Assembly: GCF_009914755.1 (NCBI RefSeq)
Contig: NC_060927.1
From: the human T2T-CHM13v2.0 reference genome, Homo sapiens
Direction: 5' to 3' (one strand)
Length of the DNA: 64,000 nt
The notes under the pieces are model-generated. The model was not told where the DNA came from. It searched no databases and saw only the letters and a list, made by a program, of their open reading frames with translations. The position numbers and the translations under genes were made by a program. Positions within the stretch are counted from its first letter, which is position 1; each line of letters begins with the position of its first letter. Positions 26,321 to 37,589 of the stretch are shown one piece after another.

Positions 26321-26393
26321 TTAGTTACTGTTGTGTAACCTATTGTAATAAAGATTGCTGGTTCTTACATTTGTTAGTGATGAGATAGTTGGC

Positions 26394-26465
26394 ATTATAT
26401 TATATTATATTATATTATATTATATTATATTATATTATATTATATTATATTATATTACATTATAT
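26394..26465. repeat. (ATTAT)n pentanucleotide microsatellite, about 14 units
   Basis: Direct reading; lies at the tail position of the adjacent Alu fragment. Confidence 0.95.
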
Positions 26466-26466
26466 G

Positions 26467-26525
26467 TTTTGAGACAGGGTCTCACTCTGTCACCAGGCTG
26501 GAGTGCAGTGGTACAATCATAGCTT
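26467..26525 (-). mobile_element. Alu 3'-end fragment (about 60 bp, J/FLAM/FRAM type)
   Basis: TTTTGAGACAGGGTCTCACTCTGTCACCAGGCTGGAGTGCAGTGGTACAATCATAGCT. Confidence 0.85.
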
Positions 26526-27692
26526 CATGGCAACTATGCCACACATTTAGAAAGTTAAAAAACTCAACGAATAAAAAATATTCTTAATGTTTTATTTCCT
26601 CATTAAAAGAGTTTCCTTTTGTTCTTCTGAATGAAAACTGTGACTTCCGTTTTTTCCTAAATGTGTGCTTGAATCTTTTGCGGATGTATATTTTTGCCTT
26701 GTTTGTGGAGATGTTCCTTTATTCAAAATATGTAAGAATTGCTTTCTAGATGTTTATCATCAACCTTTGATGTCAGTTTCCTAGCAAGTACAAAAATCTC
26801 CCTTTCTAGTGGCTCCCCAAATAAATTCTGGAAGAGCTATGTTTTAGAAATTTCGGGATTTACTCATATAAGAAAGAATCCCTAAAAGTTAATATATTAA
26901 GATATGAGAAGTGATGGCCTCTGCTTTTGGTGGGTGGGCAGTCTTCCTCATTTCTTCCTCAATTAGGAGTTCATGTAAACAAAAAAAAAATCTATGTTTA
27001 TGAGTTTGTGGTCTTATTTCTACAATTGTAAAGATAATTAAATATAATAATATCAGAAAACCATATCTATATGGTAAGTTTTCAGTATTAGTTTGCTAGT
27101 GTTAATATTAGAAATAGTAATAGTAGTAGTGTTTGTGCTACTGATATTAACCTTGTTATTAATCAGATTGTAGCATGAATGCCCAAACTTTTTAAAAAGG
27201 GAAAGAACTGAGATTCCAAGGAGTTCAATGAGCTGCTTGTAATTATGAAAGAAGACACTGGCATAACTAGGTTAGAAATGGATGAACAGAAGCCTGACTC
27301 CTGCTTTCTATGTATTAAACAATGAATTCTAATAAAAGAACTCTTAATCATTGCCTGCATAATGACATATTCAACAATACCCTTAATTGCAAAACAACTG
27401 CCATGTTTTTGCACATAACCGTTCATCCAAAGGGCAAGATGTACACCATTCCTTTAACTTTAAGTTCCCATCATTTGTTACTTCATTCATTCATGGAGTA
27501 GATGTTTCTGAAGTCTGTGTGCTGTTTAGGCACTAAGCTAAGTACTGGAACAATAAATGAATAAGTCATTGTTCCTCAACACAAGAAAGCAGAAACCTTC
27601 AATATTATTTCACAGGATGTTTCTCAGTTTCCATTTTGTCTCATCGCCATCTTTTTAAAAGTAGCTCCAAGTGCTTATGGCCACTGACCCAC

Positions 27693-28450
27693 TTCATTCA
27701 TTTATTCATTCAGTCATTCGTTCAGTAAATATTTATGGACCCTCATTATATGCTATGGGGATAAAGTGATGAATAAAAAAACACAGTCCTTCCCTTTCAT
27801 GTATCTTATTTTTTTCTGGTAGAATAGACAGATTAAAAACAAAGAAACAAAACAATTACCAACTGTGACAAACACTATAAAAGAAACAAATATAGAGAGA
27901 ATAACAAAGGGACCAACTGCAGAAGGGATGGGTAGTAAAGACCTTTGAGGAGGTGACATTGATTCTGGAATCTGGAAGCTGAGAAGTAACTAGCCATGTG
28001 AAGAGTGTAAAATCATTTTAGTAAAATAGCAGAGCATAAAGACCTTGAGGCAGAAATGAACTAGGAGTTTTTCTACACAGAAAAGAGACATGATCTAATT
28101 TTATTTTTAAGAATATAGTTTTGGCTGCTGCAATAGAAGGCAGAGCAAGAAAAAAAGCTGGAATACTATTGCATAATGGAGAGACAGTCCTGATAGCCCA
28201 GGTAAGACATGCTGGTGGTTAGGCAGTGGCAGTGGAAATGAAGAGGAACTAGAAGATGAAAGATAAATTTTGGAGGTATAATCAGTAGGACTTGTTGATG
28301 GACTGAAAATGCCAGAAAGACAAAATTAGCAATCCAGATTAATTTCCAAATTTCTGGTGTGAGAAATTGGATAATCACTGTTGTCACTGACTGACATGGA
28401 AAATCCTGGGTGTTGGGAGGCAGAATTGGGAGGGAGGGACAACAAAGGAG
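27693..28450 (-). mobile_element. L2 LINE 3' portion
   Basis: (CATT)n tail, then GGAGGTGACATT, GACATGATCTAATTT, GGACTTGTTGATGGACTG. Confidence 0.85.
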
Positions 28451-28514
28451 TTGAATACAAAGAAAGAAAACAGCTTAAAAGCTTCCCTCATATTAATAAT
28501 TGAGAAATTTAATC

Positions 28515-28554
28515 ATATATATATACACACACAAACACACACACACACACACAC
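28515..28554. repeat. Compound (AT)n(AC)n microsatellite
   Basis: Direct reading. Confidence 0.9.
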
Positions 28555-30387
28555 GGGAACAGCAGAATCTCTGAAAGAATATTTTGATGTCATTCTACAA
28601 GTAAGATGCTTGTGCAAATCAGCAAGATGTCACTGGTACTGTGTGACACCATCACCACAGAACATTTCTTCGCTGGCATGGTATTGATTCCAATTACTTA
28701 TCTTGATGCTTAAATCTCCTTGGCATATCCCTGTCAAGGGATCACACAGCCTGTGGTAAAATAGCAATAGTTACAATGGGTGGAAGGTAACAATAATATT
28801 TGATTCTTATATGTGTCAGGCACTCTTGGAAAGGCTTAATAAAATAAAAAGAATACTCAGCAAACATATTTTTTCTGATACACAGTAGCAATCTCTTTCC
28901 AAGTCTACTCATTCATTAATGTAATCTTTGGCACTGCCCCCTGACAGCATGGTGCTAAAAGAGTATATTCACAGGTGCACCTGTGGGGTTAGGAAGGTTT
29001 CCTTGTTCTCATTCTGGCCCCCTCACACTCTTAGTGCTGCAGGGTTTTTTGTTTTTGTTTGTTTGTTATTTCTCATTGTCTCACTGGTCAGTCACAAGGC
29101 TGGATGAAATGACCTTTGAATTCTTCTCTAGCTCTAAGCTTCCACAGTTCCAAAATTCGTTACCTTCACTTTTAAATAGACAGAGGATACATATAAGCTA
29201 TGACAGAATGAAACTAGTAAAGAACTAAAATGATCCAGCTTTAATGTCCTGTGTATGGAATTTTATATTGAAACCTGTAATGATGAATGAAATCCTTAGT
29301 CATTTTAAGGAACAGAAGTGCCATTTATTTTTGTACTATTTTTTAGGTTTTTTTTTTTTGGTGGCCCAAATCCAGGTTGAATATATTGTCTACTATTAAA
29401 TAAAATACCTATTTTCAGGAATTCATGTGATAAATACTTTCCTGAGTTCTAAGAAAAGTTTATCTCTGCCAGCAAAAAAAAAAAAAAAATGTGTATTTTT
29501 CATACTAACTACAAGTGCCGTGCCCTAGTTGAGTGTTATCCTGGGAGAACTTCTGATGTAGAAAGGAGAGGATAGAAACAAGGCCAGGACATCACAGAGT
29601 GGAGGTAAAAGAAACAAATCCTCTTCTACTTACCCACTCCTCCACCCCATCTCCTGCTTCAGCAAGAACAAAGGAGACATATGATGAATGATACCCATAA
29701 AGATACCCTGGTGTCTGGAGACCTAACATGGGAACCCCAGACTAACACCATGATTTATGCCACTAATGAGGAATCTGAAAAAGGACATAGTAACTCCACA
29801 AGGCCCTTTCTCCCAACATTTGCTGGTGGTGAAGACATACATAATTATCTTCAAACTCAGTTATCACTGGCCGAGAGCCAGGGTGAAACTGAACCTGCAG
29901 GTGGCTCTTTTCATTATGGTCAATGATGTGGAACTCTAGCAGTAACACAACATATTTCCCTTTTCCACTTTACTGCTAGGGCACTCAAGGCCCTAATTCT
30001 GTAAGCAGGTCACCTTAGGTGCCCAGTAGTACTTATATCTTTAATCTGAATAGTCTTATTTTATTTATGATCATTTTGTAATTGTTACTAATTACCTGTC
30101 AATGAGTCTGCTGCATTAATTGATGTTCTAAAAATATATAGAAAGGAATCAAAATTAACACATATATGCTTAATGAATCTAATATCATTATTTCAATTTG
30201 GCCAAATTATCTTGGTAATGAAGTGATGAGAAGGGTATATGAGACACATATTCACTTACCCTGGGATTATCTTAGAGAAGAACTGTCTTCCTATAGTTAA
30301 TACAAGGTCACACAGCATATGGATGATCATGATACAGGCTCAGAGCTGTAATTACAAACATTTCCTGAGATTGTTTTCAGCAGCTTG

Positions 30388-30630
30388 CTGGAGTAATGAA
30401 AAGATCCTGGGCTTAGGAGTTGGTCCGACACAGGTTTCATGGCCTAACTTCACTATTGACAAGCATGTGATCTTGGTTAGGTCATTTAACTTTATTGAGC
30501 TTTGGTCTTCTCAGTGGTAAAAAATGAGACTAATACGTCACTTCTCACAAACTCATGAAGAGAATTAAGCATAATGACTGGGTACAACTATGTAGCATGG
30601 TAGCAGCCTTCAAACACTCAGTAAGAGAGC
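30388..30630 (+). mobile_element. MIR SINE
   Basis: TGTGATCTTGGTTAGGTCATTTAAC...AAAAATGAGACTAATA. Confidence 0.75.
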
Positions 30631-30859
30631 CTTCTTCTCTTACTTGTTTTCTGCATCTTCCAAATGCAAAAATGAGCATTTGGGGTTATGGGATACATAC
30701 TAAAACCTATAGGCTATCCCCTTGTTGCTCTCTCTGTTGTTTTAACAGCAGAGCATGCATTTGTTTATTCTGCACATGTAAACATTCCACTAAAGAAATT
30801 CATCAGCTACCAGCCCTTTTGTACCTCACAATATTTAAAATTCCTAACTCTTTGAAATG

Positions 30860-30965
30860 ACATAAAGATATCTCTTGACAGCTGTTGCCTTTGACTCACT
30901 CACATAATGTTGCAGACTCTTACTTATCAATCAGTTTAGATGACAAATGGGAAAGCCCCTCTGTT
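30860..30965. promoter_or_regulatory. Candidate enhancer core (MEIS/E-box, AP-1, GATA, PBX-HOX, NF-kB motifs)
   Basis: TGACAGCTG 30876-30884, TGACTCA 30892-30898, TTATCA/ATCAATCA 30924-30933, GGAAAGCCCC 30950-30959, in sequence with no recognisable TE. Confidence 0.45.
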
Positions 30966-31533
30966 CTTCTTCTCTAAGTCTACGCGGATAAATGTGGTAA
31001 ACTAGCACAAATTTCAGGGCTTAGACGCAGCCTGAATATCCATAATTACTGGGCAATATTTCAACATCTTGATATTTAAATTTATACAAATCCCACATGC
31101 ACCCACCACCTTCTTTAAAATAAATTTGGAATTATTGTTTAAGTGTAGAAACAATGTTTTAAAAGGCCCATACACAGGACTTTATGGGGCACACTGTGCT
31201 TTGGGCTGCTGTGGTTAATCCAGGCCAGTATACTGCTCCAAGTAGTTGACAAATTCCACTGTTGCTTCCTTTTTTTTTTTTCCTTCCATGAAGTTTAAAA
31301 TAAACAATTAACCTATTTCCAACACAGTGTTTGGTATTGATTTAATTTAGCATGTGTTATTCATCTGCATGCCTCACAACGGTTGCTTAATTGCCTAAAT
31401 CTTCCCGTGTAGAGTGCTGCCTATGGAATCTCTTTCCACAGAACACTCTTAGCAGAGTGTGGCTTACTATTTCCATAACATCTGTCTTTTCTACTAAAGA
31501 GCAGATTAACAATTATGCTTCTTTTAAAGGTAG

Positions 31534-31535
<2 letters not shown>

Positions 31536-31579
<44 letters not shown>
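31536..31579. repeat. (GT)22 microsatellite
   Basis: Uninterrupted run. Confidence 0.98.
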
Positions 31580-31581
<2 letters not shown>

Positions 31582-31821
31582 GGAGGGTTGGGCAAGATAA
31601 TTTACTTCTTGTACAATTTTCTTTCTGGCGCAATAGTTTGCAGTCTTATCACCAGGTCAGGGATTTTGCCTATACCCACAATGCAGCTGGCAGTATTGCC
31701 CTTTTCTTTTGCCTTATTATGCCACAGAATGCCACATTATTTCCATTAAATATGATTGTCTTCAAACGAGACAACATATGCAACCCCTCCTCCTGCTCCC
31801 ACTCCCCATGTCTCTCTGTCT

Positions 31822-31879
31822 CACACACGCACACATACCCACATACACATACACACAAATGCATGCACACATGCACACA
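31822..31879. repeat. Degenerate (CA)n tract
   Basis: CACACACGCACACATACCCACATACACATACACAC... Confidence 0.85.
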
Positions 31880-33215
31880 AAGCTCCTTTCAATTGTGTTA
31901 AGCAGTAAAGCAGAAGGATTTTTTAAATTAGTGTTTTGTTTTGGCAATGGTTGCTGATGTGTTCATGTAATACAGTTTTAATCAAATCCCCAAAGCTGAA
32001 GACCTTTCAGCATATCTTAGGCTGCACTGTGCAGGGCTTATTCCACTTGAAGTGGCCACCAGGGAGGTACAATTAGCTGTTCCCATGGAGAAGTTTGTTA
32101 TAGTAATAAATAATAAGTAGCATAGGTAGCGATGGAATCAATTAAAGATATTTTTGACCGCCTAATGGTTTATGGGAATGCTAAATAATTGACAACAAGT
32201 TTTTGACTGTTTTCTGTCTGCATGTCTTCTTGTAACTAAACATTGACCATGCACATAGGACAGTGTCCGAGGTCACTACTTTTTCTTTTGTAAAGCCATA
32301 TTGTCAAGGGTATTCTCTGAAAGACAATTGCAGCCCTTACATAATCAAGCTGATTTTGAGAGGGTTAAAACTCTGCTGTAAATATTTGCTGCAGGCAGAA
32401 ATCTAACATATGAAGCAGGAGAACAAATTGTGTTATCAGTTTCAAAAACAATCTGTTTCGCCCTTCATTTACTTATTTTTTTTAACCAGTGTAAAGCAGG
32501 ACAATAGGAGTTGGGTAGCTAAGAGGGCTTTGTGTTTTGTCTCTGGGTTCCTACTGCTTTGAAGTTAAAATGGAAATTTGGCAAGTGGGAAATTAGTAAA
32601 GTGCTCTAAATGCTTTTGGCATCTTGACAGGCCAAAAAAAAAAAAATCAAAATGGTCAAGCTACCTTGGTTCAAAATTAGTGAGTGTATGTTAATGAATT
32701 CCTTTATAAATAAAATCTCAGAAGAAAATGAGATGGGTAGGTTTATTGTGTGTATTTGAGGATGAATTGATATGCCACACATCAACTAAAGCAGGTCAGT
32801 GATCCATGAGCTTTGCAAGATTTACATGAAAAGACACAATTGTTCCTTCGAAGTTATTGGATAAGTGACATATGGTCTCAATGCCAACGTGGGTATCAAT
32901 GGGAATTAGTCAGACTAAAATTTGGGCTAAATAAAGCTTAAATCACAATTATCATCATTTGATTAGAAAAAGTAGTTCTAGTTGATTCTCTATTTTACAA
33001 ATGTTTTTCTCTAATTGTAAAAGCCCACTCTGTGGATTTATCTGCAGAATGAGCCCATTCTATCCTTAGGGTTTCTATGAAGTCAATATGAGCAATGCAG
33101 TATACAAGAGCAACAGAAATTGCTTCTGTAGGCTGCTGGAATGCGAAATTTGTAAGTGCATGTTCATGATACCTCAGGTCAAATATATTTAATATAATAG
33201 TATCTTGTACTTTAG

Positions 33216-33444
33216 TAGGGGTTGGTAAACTACAGGACCACAGGCCAAATATGGCCTACTGCCTGTTTTTGTAAATAAAGTTTTATTGAAAGACAATGAT
33301 GTTCATTCATTTATGTATTGTCCATGAATGCTTTATGGGATGAGGGCAGAGTTGAGTAGTTGCAACAGAGACTGTATGCATGACCTATAAAGCTGAAAAT
33401 ACTTGCTATCTGGCCCTTTAAAGAACTAAGCTTGCCAATTCTAG
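33216..33444 (+). mobile_element. MER58A hAT MITE
   Basis: TAGGGGTTGGTAAACTAC...CCTGTTTTTGTAAATAAAGTTTTATTG...CTATCTGGCCCTTTA. Confidence 0.92.
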
Positions 33445-35499
33445 ACTCATAGAATTCCTTAATCTGATCATTTAAAATTTACTTGTTATCTTCATCACAT
33501 TCCTCTGAGAGGAAGTTTTTCGTTTCATTCCTCCCAGCCTTGTTTTTCTGCACTGACGACTGTAATGCAAGGAATTTGAGGATGATCAGAAGATCAAATA
33601 GAATACTAAAATGATTTATACTTCTTTCCTAACCATAGCCATTGACCAAGAGCATCAGCAGTTATTGACAGAGTGACATGGCCAAAAGAGAAACACCTCC
33701 TGTTGGAAAGATTTTGGCCAATTGCCTCAACTCAGTAGGGGTATCACAGGTGACAGTATCCATTGGAAATTTATCAAAATAGTAAGGAACTCCAAAGCAT
33801 CGAAGTGGAAATCAAACTAAGAGCAAAACTAAAGAATAAAAAACACGTTGGCTCTAGAATTCAGATCGAGTGAGAAAATGTGCAGGAATAAAACAAAAGG
33901 CTCTAAAGGAATTGCTTGAATGTGGAGAGGTGGTTGGGGTTTCTTTTCATTGGATGATGTCTCCTTAATAATTATCCTGCAGAGGGTGGACAATTTCTTC
34001 ATTTTCACGGTAGCTATCTTCTGTAGGAATATGTGGGCTAGTTTTTTAATCTTCTATCACATTTTGCATGAGCTGCAGACAGCTAGTAAAAAGAGATGAG
34101 AACATGATACTTAGAAGGGTGGTCTTCACTCAGAGCCAGGAAATCTCTCCACTTCCACTTACATGGTATGAACAAATGAAAACTACCCATATTTCCATCA
34201 AGTATCTGAGTCTAGCATCTAGAATAGCATATGTTTTAGAATTGTCTCACTTGTCACTTTTACATCTTTTTTAACTAGGGAGAAATTAGTAAATGTGACC
34301 TGAGATTAGGATGTCTCCACTGAAAAACAAAAACAATTTTATTGGTACTGTTTTTATTGTTAAGAGTTACTTGGTAAATAGAGAAAGAAATAATCAAATG
34401 AAAAGAACAGATTGAGTGGCTCAATTCTTACCTTCTTCAGGTGCAAAAAAACTGAAGGTACCTGTTCACCATGCTCCAGCCACTCTGGACTTGCTTTAGT
34501 CCTTCAAGGTTACCCTGTCCTTTTTCCCCTTGCCCCAGGGTTCTCAACCCTTTTGGTCCAAATGACTTTACTTTTTCTCATTATTTCTTAGCCTCAGTTT
34601 CCTCTGTTCTTTCTCCTCTTTTCTTCATTCCCCTTATTTTTATTGTTTTGTCCCTTTTTCTACAAGCAAACCTGAGACCTATGCAAAGCATATATAAGCA
34701 TTCTTTATCTTGACTATGACCTCAGAAGTTGCTGACCTCTGCTTTGTTTACTGGAAATAGTATGTCTACTTATTCTACTTCTTCCTAGTCAAGCCTATGC
34801 TTTTTCAACCACCTGAAATGCTTGCAAACTGGTAATTAGGTTTTGTGTAAACATTTAAGAGTTTTATTTTCTTTTTAGAAAGGGCTGTTAAGTACGATTT
34901 GGTTGGGGATTTTGGCACATCCAATCTTTATTTTTTCAAATGACTTATTAAAAAGCAACAACCCACATATGTTTTATGTAACACAAGTAAGAATTCCGTT
35001 ACCCAAAGTCATCATCTCTACTCAATGTTCTATAAAATTAGAAGATTAGATAAAATTATTAATCAAAGAAATCAAAATGAGAAAAGCAAAATAGGTGTTC
35101 GTTCACGGTTGTTTTGCCTTTGTTTTTATCTAAAGAACCCACAGATCTGCTTGTCAAGAAATTCTTTTGAGGCCTTTCTATAAACCAATTAATCTTTAAA
35201 ATTAAAGCTTGAAGAAAGAAAAACTATTGTTGGGTGTCAAGATAAATTTGAAGTTGAAATGATCTTTGAATATGCCGTTTAATATTTGAGAAATGTGCTA
35301 CCTAGTAGTTCATATCTACAACTCTTCTGCTAATAGGTGAAGATAACCTTTCTGAAGGAATGGGATCACAGATTTTTTTATTTCACCTATATTTCCATAG
35401 TCTCCTTTATGACACACTTGTCAGCAGGTGTGTCAAGTGTAGAGCCTGAATAAGCATCAAAGTTTGAACAAGCACTTGGACAAAGAGAGCCCTGTCCTC

Positions 35500-35985
35500 C
35501 TGATTCGCTCTGTTGTCTATCCCCACACCCTGGTCCATGATTCTCTACTACCCTTGTCCTATACCTGCCCCTTCAGTTTTATCTCATAAACCCCCCTTTC
35601 ACACTATCTTCCAGCAACACAAAGGAGAATTACCCAAATACATTATTCATCTTATGCCTTTTCACATCTCTTTCCATTTTTACTGAAATCCTTCCTTTCT
35701 TTCTTATTTATTCTTTAAAGCCGTGCTTAAGTATTAGCCTTTTTTATAAGCCTACCTCAATGCCCTACTTCCGGTGAAGTTAATTTCACCTTATCTAAGT
35801 TACTTCAACATTTCTTCCACATTTCTTGTGTTGCATGGGTCACACTGTTCAGAAACTGTGTGTTAAATGTTTGTCTATCCAAAGGTCAAGTGCTGGGACC
35901 TATCTTTATCCCTACTACCTAACTTTGGGGCTGGCATATAGAAGGGATCCCAGATATCTGTAGAACTGAACTGATGAATAGATAA
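35500..35985 (+). mobile_element. L2 3' fragment
   Basis: Ends GGCTGGCATATAGAAGG...ACTGAACTGATGAATAGATAAA. Confidence 0.6.
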
Positions 35986-37589
35986 AAGCAAAATTCTATG
36001 ATTCCTGGGAGATAAAACACAAAGCTTGGACCTTCTAACCGGTGTGAATTTACCTATCATAGACATTTTAAAATTTCAAAATAGATTGCTGTTAGGTCTG
36101 TAAGAATTATTTTTGTAACGTCTATAAAGTTGACTGTTGGGCTAAGATTATTGGAGATAGTGATTAGGAGATAGGGTGAAGTTTAATTCTTTACATGGCT
36201 GAACTTCAATCAGGTTCACCAAGAAATTTTAGGCCACATTTATTTATTTCAAAAAAAAGATAAAATCTAGTATCTGTAAAACCACCAAATACGCACAAGT
36301 CCCTCCTTTTAATGAGTCACTTGAATGCAAAATCAACTGTAATTCAAGAAACCAAAAACAATAAAAGAAGTGAGCTTTGTCAGACTGGACGAACTTGTTC
36401 TACCTGTTACAGACAAAGAAAGGTCTGATGAGGTCCAGGAAACGGAGTTAGTTAGAGCTTAGATTGCAAAGGAGTATTCTGTGTCTCCCCCTACTGGTTG
36501 GTGGAATAACTAAATGGAACAACCCCCCAGGAATCTAAATGGCCATGATCTCCTGACAGCTTTGTACCATCTGATCACCTGCCTCTGTGAACTTTCAATA
36601 AGGAAGGTTAATCAGGAGTTCACTTCAGGATATTTTCTGTCATCCCCAGTTTTCTAACTCTGGTTAATTAGCATTCTGCATTTCTTAACAATTCTAACTT
36701 CACATCCCATTGAAATAAACCATTAAGAAACCTACTCCTCGCACATTTTAATTCCAGGCTATCTCTACATTCTGACTACATCAAACTTGTTTTAAAAAGG
36801 TTTTATTTGAAAATAATCCTAAGTGTTACCACAAGGGATACCATTTCCTCTAGTCTTCAAAGGGTTGTGTGAGCCCACCATTAAATATGGGAATACTAAA
36901 AACAAATAACAGTAGTTCTTATAAATAGCAACACCAGATACGATAAATCCACAGAAAATTTTGGGAATAAGGAATTACAGAAAATTTATTTGCATTATTC
37001 CATTACCTTTATTTGGTGATTATATATCTAACAGATTCAAATTCTAAAATAATTTGAAAAGCTTATTATTGTGCATATTCATGAAAAGAGTTGAGACAAG
37101 CCAAGGACCTACAAAAGAAGATATTGTATGATAGATAATTTACAAATCAGAAAATATCCTCATTCTGTGGTAACAGTTAAATCATCCCCAAGGTTTGTCA
37201 TTATCAGCTATGAAGTGTAGGTTATACAACAAATAATAAGAAAAAATGAGAAGAGCAAATTAAAAATGGGTAGAAGTGAAGATTTTCATATATAAGATCA
37301 GATATGGGAACCAACAGTGAAGCATCAAAAAGTCAATGCAGTACTGAGCAAAGAAAAACAACACTAGAAAAGAGAAAAGAAAATAAACCACGACGAAGAG
37401 AATGGTTTCTGAAAAGTACAAAGGGCACAAAGGAGCATACATCGCAAAAGTCTTTGTAGGTCTGACTACTTAGAAAGACATAAAAGCTAATGGTTAAAAT
37501 GTATTCATTATATTTTGTTTACTACATTAGGGAACAATGTTATACCTTATATGGAGAGTTAGATTAGAAATAATATAGAATTCTAAATT

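Noticed and set aside
32053-32070. CTCF-like TGGCCACCAGGGAGGTAC
   Set aside because: Mismatches in the high-information GGGGC end of the core motif; not supportable without ChIP data.
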